Positions 1 to 8,533 of a DNA stretch of 32,000 bases are shown one piece after another. The position numbers and the translations under genes are program-made. Source of the DNA: Kordiimonas lacus (lineage in GTDB: Bacteria; Pseudomonadota; Alphaproteobacteria; Sphingomonadales; Kordiimonadaceae); NCBI RefSeq assembly GCF_001550055.1, contig NZ_LRUA01000006.1, positions 62,597 through 94,596 of the forward strand, given 5' to 3'. Numbering within the stretch: the stretch's first letter is position 1; the number at the start of each line of letters is the position of its first letter. A model generated the notes under the pieces. The model worked only from the letters and a program-made list of their open reading frames with translations, searched no databases and had not been told where the DNA came from.

Positions 1-1340
1 CGATTGAACTGCACGCTGTACGCACGCCAGGGGCGGAACCCGGTACAATCCAGCTTTCAATCAGCCCCTATTGGGGGCAACTCTCCATCGGCGAGAACAA
101 GCGTGCACCCAGCAGTTCGCCGCGCCAGTTCGACAAGCAGCATTTCGCCAAGCTGGCACAGCGCCTGACAGAATATGCAGCGGGGACAGATCATAGTGTT
201 CCTGAAGCGCTGATGAAGCTGGCGGGCCTTGACGAACAGGCGGGGCAGGGCAAGGCAGAGGTCAGCCTGTGGGCGCTTCACCGCTTGCTGGGCGATGCGG
301 CGGCAGAAGGGGCAGCGGCAGATTTGTCGGAGACCAAGCGTGAAGCGCACAGACCGGAGGGTGTGGCCTGTCCTGACGAACGGCAGCAGGTCTCCAACGC
401 TATGCGCGGTGCCTTCAAGCAGGGTCGGGACGAAGCCAATTATGTGACAGTGGCCGGCGAAGACGGTATTTCCGAATCCGATGCGGTGAAAGCTGCCGTT
501 TATGCCATGAAGCGCGCGGCATCCAAGGAAAATGCCAAGACCATCCAGGCCCTGACAGGCGGGTACGAACGGCGGTTGGAGAAGGTGAAGGCGCAATTGA
601 AGGCTTTCAAGCAGATTGTGTTGCAGGAGCGTTTCGATGTAGCCCTGCAGCCGATTGTCGATATCCACGACGGCACACTGCATCATTTCGAAGCGCTGGC
701 ACGGTTCGACCAGAATATATTTGCGGGTTCGCCTTTCGAGTTCATGTGTTTCGCAGAAGATATCGGGGTGATCCACGAATTTGACCTGGCCATGACCATG
801 AAGGTGGTGTCGCTGATCAAGCGTATGCGGCGCATCGGCTATAACGTGGCTGCAGCGGTGAATATTTCCGGCCATTCCATCCAGTCACAGGGCTTCCTGC
901 GCCATTTCTTCAATATTCTGGAAGATTGCGGTGACATCCGTGAAAACCTGATGTTCGAACTAACGGAATCGAGCCAGATCGACGATCTGGAAACCACCAA
1001 CCGCATCCTCCGCCGTATCCGCGATTTTGGCCATAAGGTCAGCCTAGATGATTTTGGCGCTGGCGCTGCAGGGCTGCAGTATCTGCGTGTCCTTAAGGTA
1101 GACTGCGTCAAGATCGACGGCATCTATATTCGCAAAGGCCTCGAGGACGCTGAGAACCGCTCCTTCCTGCGGTCAATGGCTGACCTTTGTAAGGGGCTGG
1201 GCATTGAAACGGTGGGTGAATGCGTCGAAAATGAAGAACAGCGTCGCTTCCTTGAGGAAATAGGCGTGAACTATGCGCAGGGTTGGCTATACGGCAAGCC
1301 GATGCCGCCTGACGAGGCGCTTCAGTTCCTGCAGGGGTGA
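1..1340 (+). CDS. EAL-domain c-di-GMP phosphodiesterase-like protein with a non-EAL, coiled-coil-like N-terminal region. It may be 5'-truncated by the window edge.
   Basis: The translated ORF carries the ordered EAL signature set: FEALARF, VNISG, ELTES, DDFGAG, KID, ECVENEEQ, QGWLYGKP. The frame (phase from nt 3) has no stop codon back to the window start. The first in-window ATG is at 213 and lacks an obvious SD, so the true start may be at 213 or upstream of the window. Confidence 0.8.
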   Translation, partial: IELHAVRTPGAEPGTIQLSISPYWGQLSIGENKRAPSSSPRQFDKQHFAKLAQRLTEYAAGTDHSVPEALMKLAGLDEQAGQGKAEVSLWALHRLLGDAAAEGAAADLSETKREAHRPEGVACPDERQQVSNAMRGAFKQGRDEANYVTVAGEDGISESDAVKAAVYAMKRAASKENAKTIQALTGGYERRLEKVKAQLKAFKQIVLQERFDVALQPIVDIHDGTLHHFEALARFDQNIFAGSPFEFMCFAEDIGVIHEFDLAMTMKVVSLIKRMRRIGYNVAAAVNISGHSIQSQGFLRHFFNILEDCGDIRENLMFELTESSQIDDLETTNRILRRIRDFGHKVSLDDFGAGAAGLQYLRVLKVDCVKIDGIYIRKGLEDAENRSFLRSMADLCKGLGIETVGECVENEEQRRFLEEIGVNYAQGWLYGKPMPPDEALQFLQG

Positions 1341-1369
1341 CCTGCGCCCCGTACCCCTTTCTCCAGACT

Positions 1370-1385
1370 TGGCACACTCCTTGCT
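1370..1385 (+). promoter_or_regulatory. Sigma-54 (RpoN) -24/-12 promoter candidate for flgK-flgL
   Basis: The sequence TGGCAC-actcc-TTGCT matches the TGGCAC-N5-TTGCW consensus exactly, with GG(1371-1372)-N10-GC(1383-1384). It lies 30 nt after the EAL stop and about 230 nt before the flgK ATG. Late flagellar genes are sigma-54 dependent in Caulobacter-type alphaproteobacteria. Confidence 0.6.
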
Positions 1386-1614
1386 CCTTATCTTGGCGAG
1401 CGGCAAAGCGTTTCCAGCGCTGCGTCCCTTCGAGAGATAAAGGATTGGTGTGCTAACTATATGTTTTTACGTCGAAAATATGCAGTAATGAGAGATTTCT
1501 CCCGTCAGCTTACGGATCAGCCAACGGCCAAGTTTGCCGCGAGTGTTCCGATGGCGGTGGCATATTTTGCCCGGCCAGCCACCAGTGCAAAACCTGCAGC
1601 GGGGGAGATGATCC

Positions 1615-3729
1615 ATGTCGATTAACGGAATTATCAATACTTCGCTGAGCGGCCTGTTCACGAACCAGGCTGCGATCCAGGCAACGTCAAACAACATCGC
1701 GAACGTCAACACCGAAGGCTATGCCCGCGTGGTCGTTGAAACGGAAGCCAATATCCTGCAGGGGCAATCTGCCGGGGTCAGTATCTCTGACATCAAGCGC
1801 GTTGTTGACAAGTTTCTTGAAAGCGCTCTCCAGACTTCCACTTCCAATCTGTCTGAGGTCACAGTGCAGCGCGAGTTCCATGACCGGCTGCAGGGTATTC
1901 TTGGCGACCCGGCGTCAGATAGTTCACTCGCGGCGCGTATGGACCAGATCTATCAGGCAATGGCTGACCTGGCCCTTAACCCGGCCGATGTATTGCGTCG
2001 CCAGCAGATGTTGTCCGAGATTGGCAGCTTTACCGACCAGATCAACCTGTATCATGATCAGATCCAGTCCCTGCGCAGCGAAGCCAGTACCCAAATGGCC
2101 GAGACGGTTAATGCGATCAATACCACGCTGCAGCGGATCGATGAGCTGAACCCGCTTCTGGTTCGCGCCAGTGCGCTGGGTGAAGAATCGGGAGGCCTGG
2201 AAGGGCAGCTGTCGCTTGCGCTGAACGAACTGGCGTCGTTGATTGACATCAAGATTGAACGGACGGCCGCGGGCGGCGTCAAGATCGCTACCGGCGACGG
2301 GTACCCGCTTCTGGATACATCGCTGTTCCAGTTGGAATATGATGCGCCGGGTATCGTTGAAGCCGGCACCACGTTCCCGACAATTGACGTATACCGGGTG
2401 AATGACGACGGTGAACAGATTTCCTCCACCGTCGACCTGACACCTCACATTCGCTCAGGCAAACTCAAGGGCTTGATGGAAATGCGCGACAACCAGTTGG
2501 TGGACCTCAGTGTCACGCTGGGTGAATTGTCTGCGCGTGCCATGGATGAGTTCAATGCCATCCAGAACAAGTATTCGGCTGTGCCAGCCCCTAACAGCAT
2601 GGAAGGCAAGCAGACCTTTGTCGACGGCGCACATCAGACGGGTTTCACTGGTCAGACCACGTTTGCTGTTGTTGATGGCAATAACCAGCTGGTCAATTCC
2701 GTAACTGTCGATTTCAGCGATACTGGGACCTATCCCGATTTTGATGCTGTTGTGACGGCGGTGAATGCGGCCCTGGGTGCGGACGGCACTTTGGCCCTGA
2801 ACAACGGTGTGATGTCCTTCACAGCGACCAACTCAGCGAACGGTGTTGTTATTGCTGACGATGAGGCGGACCCAAGCGACCGTGCTGGTCGTGGCTTCTC
2901 GCATTTCTTTGGTATGAATGACCTCCTGTCCGCAGATCGGGCCGGCATTTATGAAACGGGCCTCGACGGCACGGAAGACCATAACATGGGTGCGGCCGAA
3001 ACCATCGAATTTGAAGTGCTGGACTCTCTGGGGCGCAGTCTGGCGACAATTTCCGTTGGCACCACAGGCACGACCTTCGACGACATGATCACTGAACTGA
3101 ATAACGTTGGTGGTCTGGGGGCGTATTTCTCCTTCACGCTCGAAAGCGACGGCCAGCTTACGTACGAGGAAACAGCTTCCTACGACGGCATCAACCTGAA
3201 GGTTATCAACGACACCACGGATATCGGCGGCACCGGTGTGACCTTTACCGGCGCCTTTGGTATTGGCGACAAGCACCGGGTTGAAGCGGCACGGGACGTT
3301 ACCATTAACGAAGACATCACATCAGACCCCAACCGCCTTTCGCTGGCGGTCTTTGATGCGACAGGCGCGGTGGGCGATGTGGTGCTGACAGACGGTGACC
3401 AGCGCGGGGCGCTGGCATTCCAAAGCCTGGAGACGTCCCTTGTGGGGTTCGACAGTGCAGGTGAATTGAAGGCGAGCAATGTCACACTCAGCCAGTATGT
3501 TGCCCGTTTCCTTGGAAACGCAGGCCTGCAGGCTCGCCGAGTGTCGGACCTGGAAGCAGACAATATCGCGCTGCAACAAGAAGTGCAGGCGCGGAACTCA
3601 GCGGTGTCCGGTGTGAATATGGACGAAGAATTGTCAAACCTCATTGTCTACCAGAATGCCTATGGGGCTGCGGCGCGTGTCCTCTCAAGCGTGCAGGATC
3701 TCTATGACGACCTGTTGTCGATAGTGTAA
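1615..3729 (+). CDS. flgK: Flagellar hook-associated protein 1 (hook-filament junction), FlgK
   Basis: The N-terminus MSINGIINTSLSGLFTNQAAIQATSNNIANVNTEGY is the axial-protein Flg_bb_rod motif as found in FlgK. The C-terminus NLIVYQNAYGAAARVLSSVQDLYDDLL is FlgK-like. GGGGGAG lies 7 nt upstream of the ATG, and flgL follows immediately. Confidence 0.95.
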   Translation: MSINGIINTSLSGLFTNQAAIQATSNNIANVNTEGYARVVVETEANILQGQSAGVSISDIKRVVDKFLESALQTSTSNLSEVTVQREFHDRLQGILGDPASDSSLAARMDQIYQAMADLALNPADVLRRQQMLSEIGSFTDQINLYHDQIQSLRSEASTQMAETVNAINTTLQRIDELNPLLVRASALGEESGGLEGQLSLALNELASLIDIKIERTAAGGVKIATGDGYPLLDTSLFQLEYDAPGIVEAGTTFPTIDVYRVNDDGEQISSTVDLTPHIRSGKLKGLMEMRDNQLVDLSVTLGELSARAMDEFNAIQNKYSAVPAPNSMEGKQTFVDGAHQTGFTGQTTFAVVDGNNQLVNSVTVDFSDTGTYPDFDAVVTAVNAALGADGTLALNNGVMSFTATNSANGVVIADDEADPSDRAGRGFSHFFGMNDLLSADRAGIYETGLDGTEDHNMGAAETIEFEVLDSLGRSLATISVGTTGTTFDDMITELNNVGGLGAYFSFTLESDGQLTYEETASYDGINLKVINDTTDIGGTGVTFTGAFGIGDKHRVEAARDVTINEDITSDPNRLSLAVFDATGAVGDVVLTDGDQRGALAFQSLETSLVGFDSAGELKASNVTLSQYVARFLGNAGLQARRVSDLEADNIALQQEVQARNSAVSGVNMDEELSNLIVYQNAYGAAARVLSSVQDLYDDLLSIV

Positions 3730-3739
3730 GGAGCTTAGT

Positions 3740-4663
3740 ATGGTTCGGGTATCATCATTCGGTCAGCAAACGCTGCTTATCCGTTCTATCATGGAAAACC
3801 AGCAGAAGGTTTTCGATGGCCAACGCCAGATTTCCACAGGCAAGAAAACCGATGAGTTTCGGGGTCTTGCTGGACAGGCCAGTACAATCCTGGGCTCGCG
3901 CTCCTTCAAAACACGCATTGAGACATACCAGCAGACCATCGACACCATTCGCGGCAAACTGGACGCCAACGACGTCCAGATCGAAGGTATGTTGGGCGCG
4001 ATGGAAAAGCTCAAGGAAACCATCCAGGTCACGCTTGCGAATGGTCAGGCTGAAGGCTTCAGTGAGATGCTGGATCAGACGTTCAAGTTTGTCTCGAACG
4101 CCCTTAACACCAACTTTGACGGCACGTATCTGTTCTCCGGTGCGAAAACCGGGTCAGAGCCCGTCAATATTACATCGCTGGCGGATCTGGACGCGTTGGC
4201 ATCCGTGAGTGACGCGTTCGATAACGGTGATGTGGCCTTTGAAGCCCGCATTGCAGACGGTGTAGACATTGAGTTCGGTATCCTTGCCAGTGACTTGGGT
4301 GAAGGAGTGTTCCAGGAAATGCTGGACCTGTATCAATTTGATCAGGGCGGCAGCGGTCCGCTTCAGGGCGAGTTGGATGCCACCCAGTTCAGTTTCCTGC
4401 AGGGTCAGCTTCAATCCCTTGATACCGCTATCGATAATATGCGGCAGATCCATGTGGCCAACGGCCTCGCGTACGAGCGCCTTGATGTGGTGGACGACCA
4501 GCACACAGACACGTCCGTGTTCCTGGAAAAATTCATTGCCGATGTGGAAGATGTGGACATTGCAGAAGCTGTTACCAGGCTGAACAACGACCAGGTAGCG
4601 CTTGAGGCGTCCTATCAATCGATCAGCTCCTTGTCCCAACTGACGCTGTTGCGCTTCCTCTGA
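3740..4663 (+). CDS. flgL: Flagellar hook-associated protein 3 (flagellin-family junction protein), FlgL
   Basis: Flagellin-like N-terminus (VSSFGQQTLLIRSIMENQQKVFDGQRQISTGKK) and C-terminus (AEAVTRLNNDQVALEASYQSISSLSQLTLLRFL). AGGAG SD. It starts 10 nt after the flgK stop. Confidence 0.9.
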   Translation: MVRVSSFGQQTLLIRSIMENQQKVFDGQRQISTGKKTDEFRGLAGQASTILGSRSFKTRIETYQQTIDTIRGKLDANDVQIEGMLGAMEKLKETIQVTLANGQAEGFSEMLDQTFKFVSNALNTNFDGTYLFSGAKTGSEPVNITSLADLDALASVSDAFDNGDVAFEARIADGVDIEFGILASDLGEGVFQEMLDLYQFDQGGSGPLQGELDATQFSFLQGQLQSLDTAIDNMRQIHVANGLAYERLDVVDDQHTDTSVFLEKFIADVEDVDIAEAVTRLNNDQVALEASYQSISSLSQLTLLRFL

Positions 4664-4766
4664 AAACCATTCCGGTAATCTGCTCCGGTAGTCCCGCTCT
4701 GGCCGATTGTCGTTGCATTTGGTCTGTCGCTGGCTAGATTGAGCGTCGGAACAAATGAGGACGACA

Positions 4767-5267
4767 ATGGCTATTTCAAAAGACCAGTTCAAGCAGGGCA
4801 TGCGCCGCTTGGGGGGCGCGGTCAATATCGTGACCGCGGCAGATGGCGAGGTTTGGGCTGGGCTGACAGCAACAGCTGTCACCTCCTTGTCGGCTGAGCC
4901 GCCGCGTCTGCTGGCCTGCATTAACCGGCAGGGTGTTACCTATGACATTGTCTCGAAGGGGCGCACGCTGGGCGTCAACGTGCTGGGCACAGCTCACAAG
5001 GCGCTTGCCATGCGGTTCGCTGGTATGGACGGCGAAGGCGAAACAGAGCGTTTCGATGGCGGCAACTGGTTTACGGCCAAGTCTGGTGCGCCGCTGTTGA
5101 CCGGTGCGCTGGTCTCTTTCGACTGCACAGTCGAAAGCATTCTGGATGCCGGCAGCCATGCTATTGTCATTGGCAACATCGAGGCGGTGAAAGTGGGTGC
5201 GGGCGATACGCTGGACCCTTTGTGCTACCTGGATGGCGAATGGGGCACCTTTCAGCCCCTGGTCTGA
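4767..5267 (+). CDS. Flavin reductase-like (FMN-binding split-barrel) protein
   Basis: The protein reads ...FKQGMRRLGGAVNIVTAADGEVWAGLTATAVTSLSAEPPRLLACIN...VLG...FAG..., typical of the flavin reductase domain family. The ORF-track start is 4755. I prefer ATG 4767 because GAGGA (4757-4761) lies 5 nt upstream of it. Confidence 0.8.
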   Translation: MAISKDQFKQGMRRLGGAVNIVTAADGEVWAGLTATAVTSLSAEPPRLLACINRQGVTYDIVSKGRTLGVNVLGTAHKALAMRFAGMDGEGETERFDGGNWFTAKSGAPLLTGALVSFDCTVESILDAGSHAIVIGNIEAVKVGAGDTLDPLCYLDGEWGTFQPLV

Positions 5268-5514
5268 CGCTCTTTCCCTTAAGTGATTTGCAACAAATTT
5301 CGAATATCTTGTGCCTGAGCTGATTTTTGCAGGACATTTTCGCAACATGTGCGAAAAAAAATCGCTCACCCGAATCGCTATATCTTGACTCTGCGAATCA
5401 ATATGATTCGATATATGGTGTTTGAGGCGTGATTTGGACCGATCCGGGAGAGGGCCATTTTCCTAAGATGTTGATTCTTCTCTCTGAATCTATATCCTAA
5501 AACGCGCTAGGGGT
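5268..5514. promoter_or_regulatory. AT-rich intergenic region with reiterated GAATC..TATAT(CTTG) motifs; probable promoter/operator region for the DUF2336-kinase unit
   Basis: The GC content is visibly lower than in the flanks. Motif copies: cgaatatcttg (5301-5311), cgaatcgctatatcttgac (5371-5389), cgaatcaatatgattcgatatatgg (5394-5418), tgaatctatatcc (5485-5497). A TTGACT -35-like hexamer lies at 5384-5389. Confidence 0.3.
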
Positions 5515-6702
5515 GTGTTGCACCTTGAAATCATGAGAAGTGCCCGTGTTGTTTTGAGCATTTTACGGGAGCGGAGGCGTCAGGTGGTAAGTAAAGAGCT
5601 GCAGGAATTGTTGTTGCTGGCGAAGACCAAGTCTTCGGATGCCCGGTCGCGCCTTGTGGAGAACATTACGGACCTGTTTTTATCCGATGGTGGCCGGCTC
5701 AGCGAGCATGAGCGCGCCCTGATGTCGGACATTCTTGGCAAGCTCGTGAGCCAGGTTGAAACAGACATCAGGAAAGAGCTGTCCCAGGCTTTGGCAGCAT
5801 CGGGGGTTGATTTGCCTGATATCGTCAAAATGCTTGCAAATGACGAGATCGAGATCGCGCGTCCGCTTCTGGAAAAGAGTGCGCTTCTCAAGGATCCAGA
5901 TCTTATAGAAATTATACGGATGCGGACGGACGAACATCGCATCGCCATCGCCATGCGCGAAGATGTGTCCGAAAGTGTCAGCAATGCGCTGGTTGAATAC
6001 GGTAGCGAAGACGTGGTTGAGACGCTTCTCAATAACCATGACACGCAGTTGTCGTCCCGCGCGATGGAATATCTTGTGGCTGAGTCCCGCCGGGTGGACC
6101 GGTTTCAGGAGCCGCTTTTGCAGCGGTCCGATCTGCCCGGCGACTTGGCTTACCGCATGTATTGGTGGGTGTCAGCTGCGCTCAGGAAGCGCATTCTTGA
6201 AGACTATCAGGTTGATCCGATTGTGTTCGAGCAGGCTGTGCGCCGCGCTGCTAATTCCGTCATGGTGGACAAGGGCGGGGAACAAAGCGCCTATGTCCGT
6301 GCCCAGCGCCTCGTGCGCCGCATGATGGAAAACGGCGAGCTGACGATCCAGTTCCTGCAGAATGCCCTCAGGCAGCAGCGTGTGGCCGTGTTTGTGGCGG
6401 GGCTGGCAGAGCTGGCAGGCATCAATTTCCGTACAGCCTGGCGCATATTTTCAGACAAGGGCGGTGAAAGCTTCGCCATTTTGGCAAAAGCCGTTGGTGT
6501 TGAGCGGAACCAGTTTACCAGCATCTACCTTCTGGTGGTGCAGGCCCGCGAGGGTGGCGGTGTGAAATCGCCTGGGGTGCTGAAAGGCATATTGGAGTTG
6601 TTTGATGCCACGAGCGAAGAGAATGCCCGTGGGGCGCTGCAAGTGTGGCAGCGCGACAGTGCGTACCAAGAAGCAATAGAAGAATTGGAAAAGGTGGGGT
6701 AG
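5515..6702 (+). CDS. DUF2336-family protein (HEAT-like helical repeat protein of unknown function)
   Basis: An all-helical repeat protein with the ERALMSDILGKLV / DEIEIARPLL / DPDLIEIIR pattern that I recognise as DUF2336, a family common in alphaproteobacteria. The start is GTG at 5515; an alternative ATG lies at 5533. Confidence 0.6.
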   Translation: MLHLEIMRSARVVLSILRERRRQVVSKELQELLLLAKTKSSDARSRLVENITDLFLSDGGRLSEHERALMSDILGKLVSQVETDIRKELSQALAASGVDLPDIVKMLANDEIEIARPLLEKSALLKDPDLIEIIRMRTDEHRIAIAMREDVSESVSNALVEYGSEDVVETLLNNHDTQLSSRAMEYLVAESRRVDRFQEPLLQRSDLPGDLAYRMYWWVSAALRKRILEDYQVDPIVFEQAVRRAANSVMVDKGGEQSAYVRAQRLVRRMMENGELTIQFLQNALRQQRVAVFVAGLAELAGINFRTAWRIFSDKGGESFAILAKAVGVERNQFTSIYLLVVQAREGGGVKSPGVLKGILELFDATSEENARGALQVWQRDSAYQEAIEELEKVG

Positions 6703-6754
6703 TGCCGGCTGATCGGGAGCTCAGCCAGACACAGTAAGCCCGGGGAGGACCTCA

Positions 6755-8464
6755 ATGACTTTGGAAAAGCCGAAAGACAACAATGTTGTCGACCTGGCGG
6801 GGCGCCGTGGTGACGGGGCTGACGCGATGGAGCCGGCGTTTGGCGCGAGCATTGGCCGACAGGCAGGTGCAGGGATGCCGGCGAACGAGCAGGTGCTGGG
6901 CCTTGTCTCGCGTATCCTTGTAGATGAAAGCCTGCCTTTCTATGTGTGCGCGCTCGACGGCACAGTCATTCACTTCAATGACCATTACCAGAATCTTGAT
7001 CGGGCCCTTGGCGACGTCACGTTGGCGCCGGGCGAAGGCAAATATGCCGGGCGGTATCAGGTGCCAACCCTGAAGCCTGTGATCGAAGATGTGTTGGCCA
7101 GTGAAACAACTGTCCGGGCTGAAGAAATTGTGGCCATCAGTGGCAGGGACCGCGTTTTCCTCGGGCGCCATACGCCTGTGCGGAACGAAAAGGGCGACAT
7201 TGTTGCCGTTGCCGGGACCTATGAAGATGTGACCGTGCAGGTGCGTGGGATCGAGGAAGCGAACAAGACGCAGGCCCGGTTCCAGGATTTTGCCCGCGCG
7301 AGCTCTGACTGGTTCTTTGAATGTGACGCCGATATGCGTATCCGCTCTCTGTCTGAGCGCTTTACCGCCATTGTTGGCCAGCCTGCCTCGCTGTTTATTG
7401 GATCGAAATTCGAGCAGTTTGGCCGCCTTGAGGAAAATCTGGAAAAACGCATGGAGGGCCCGCAGGCCATCCGCATGCGTAAACCGTTCCGCGAGCAGCT
7501 TTTCGTAATTACCGAGCCATCAGGGGCGGACCTCAAATTCCACCTGTCTGCTGTGCCTGTGTTTGAGCGCCAGAGCGGCGACTTCCGCGGTTACCGTGGG
7601 GTCGGCATGGATGTGACAGCGCGCTACAAGCAGGCCGCTGAGGCGGATGATATCCGCCGCAATCTGGAAGCCCTGCTGCAGGAATTGACGCGCAAGAATA
7701 TGGCGCTCGATGAAGCGACAGAGCAGGCCACCAGCGCCCTTCGCGCCAAAAATGAGTTCCTTGCGGCCATGAGCCATGAGCTCCGTACACCGCTGAATGC
7801 CATCATTGGCTTCGCCGAAGCGTTCGAGGGTGAAACCTTCGGTGCGCTTGAGCGTGCCTATGTGGATTATGCGTCTGACATCAGGAAGTCCGGCCAGCAC
7901 CTTCTGGGCCTGATAAACGATATTCTTGACGTTGCCGTGATTGAAAGCGGTGGGTTGTCCCTCAATATCGATGAGCAGGAGCTGGATCAGCTGCTGACAA
8001 AAGCCGTGCATATGAACATTGATGCCGCCCGCAACAAAGGGCTGAATGTTGACGGGCTGGACAAAACCACCGGCTTGTGTGTGAAAGTCGATGACCGCCG
8101 CACCACGCAGATTCTGGTGAACCTGTTGTCGAACGCCATCAAGTTCACGCCTGAAGGCGGTGCCATCGGGATTGACGTTACCTCAGATGAGGCGGCCCAG
8201 CAGGTTGCCATCACCGTTTGGGATACAGGCATCGGGATTTCCGACGATCATGCTGAAAATGTATTCGAAAAATTCCACCAGGTGACAGAGCATATTTATA
8301 GCCGGAGCCAGGAAGGCACGGGCCTGGGCCTGCACATCAGTCGCGAGCTTGCGCGCAAGATGAACGGCAATATTACGCTTGAAAGCAAGGTGGGCGAGGG
8401 CAGTCGCTTTACGGTGACACTGCCACTGTCGGACGGCGACAACACAGACGCTGGCTATATCTAA
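6755..8464 (+). CDS. Soluble PAS-domain sensor histidine kinase (HisKA + HATPase_c, no receiver domain, no TM segment)
   Basis: H-box HELRTPLNAIIGFAE, N-box LVNLLSNAIKFTPEGG, G1 VWDTGIGI, F-box FEKFHQ, G2 GTGLGLHISRELARKMNG. The N-terminal ~300 aa are PAS-like. GGGGAGGA SD. The gene starts 52 nt after the DUF2336 gene. Confidence 0.9.
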   Translation: MTLEKPKDNNVVDLAGRRGDGADAMEPAFGASIGRQAGAGMPANEQVLGLVSRILVDESLPFYVCALDGTVIHFNDHYQNLDRALGDVTLAPGEGKYAGRYQVPTLKPVIEDVLASETTVRAEEIVAISGRDRVFLGRHTPVRNEKGDIVAVAGTYEDVTVQVRGIEEANKTQARFQDFARASSDWFFECDADMRIRSLSERFTAIVGQPASLFIGSKFEQFGRLEENLEKRMEGPQAIRMRKPFREQLFVITEPSGADLKFHLSAVPVFERQSGDFRGYRGVGMDVTARYKQAAEADDIRRNLEALLQELTRKNMALDEATEQATSALRAKNEFLAAMSHELRTPLNAIIGFAEAFEGETFGALERAYVDYASDIRKSGQHLLGLINDILDVAVIESGGLSLNIDEQELDQLLTKAVHMNIDAARNKGLNVDGLDKTTGLCVKVDDRRTTQILVNLLSNAIKFTPEGGAIGIDVTSDEAAQQVAITVWDTGIGISDDHAENVFEKFHQVTEHIYSRSQEGTGLGLHISRELARKMNGNITLESKVGEGSRFTVTLPLSDGDNTDAGYI

Positions 8465-8493
8465 GAGATAAAAACCCTGATAAGGGACGGGAG

Positions 8494-8532
8494 ATGGGGC
8501 GCAGGCGGATAACCGCCGCGCCCCATTTTTAT
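8494..8532. terminator. Bidirectional rho-independent terminator between the convergent kinase and peptidase genes
   Basis: The stem ATGGGGCGC(a)GGCGG - ataa - CCGCCGCGCCCCAT is followed by TTTTTATTTT on the + strand. An A-rich stretch on the other side serves the minus-strand gene. Confidence 0.75.
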
Positions 8533-8533
8533 T

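Noticed and set aside
57-875. 272-aa minus-strand ORF antisense to the EAL gene
   Set aside because: Its composition is R/H/G/L/C-rich and low in complexity, with no motifs. The + strand encodes a complete EAL domain. This is a typical shadow ORF of GC-rich DNA.
1558-1570. Second sigma-54-like element TGGCATattTTGC closer to flgK
   Set aside because: GG and GC are separated by 8 nt instead of the required 10, so it is unlikely to be a functional -24/-12 promoter.
1488-1625. 45-codon ORF (MRDFSRQLTDQPTAKF...) in the flgK leader whose stop overlaps the flgK start
   Set aside because: It has no SD and no recognisable similarity to FlgN, FlgJ or FlbT. It is short enough to arise by chance. It is noted only as part of the long leader.
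4154-4921. 255-aa minus-strand ORF spanning the flgL 3' end and the flavin reductase 5' end, plus 4776-5369 and 12544-13248
   Set aside because: They overlap well-supported genes on the opposite strand and cross an intergenic spacer. They have no motifs.
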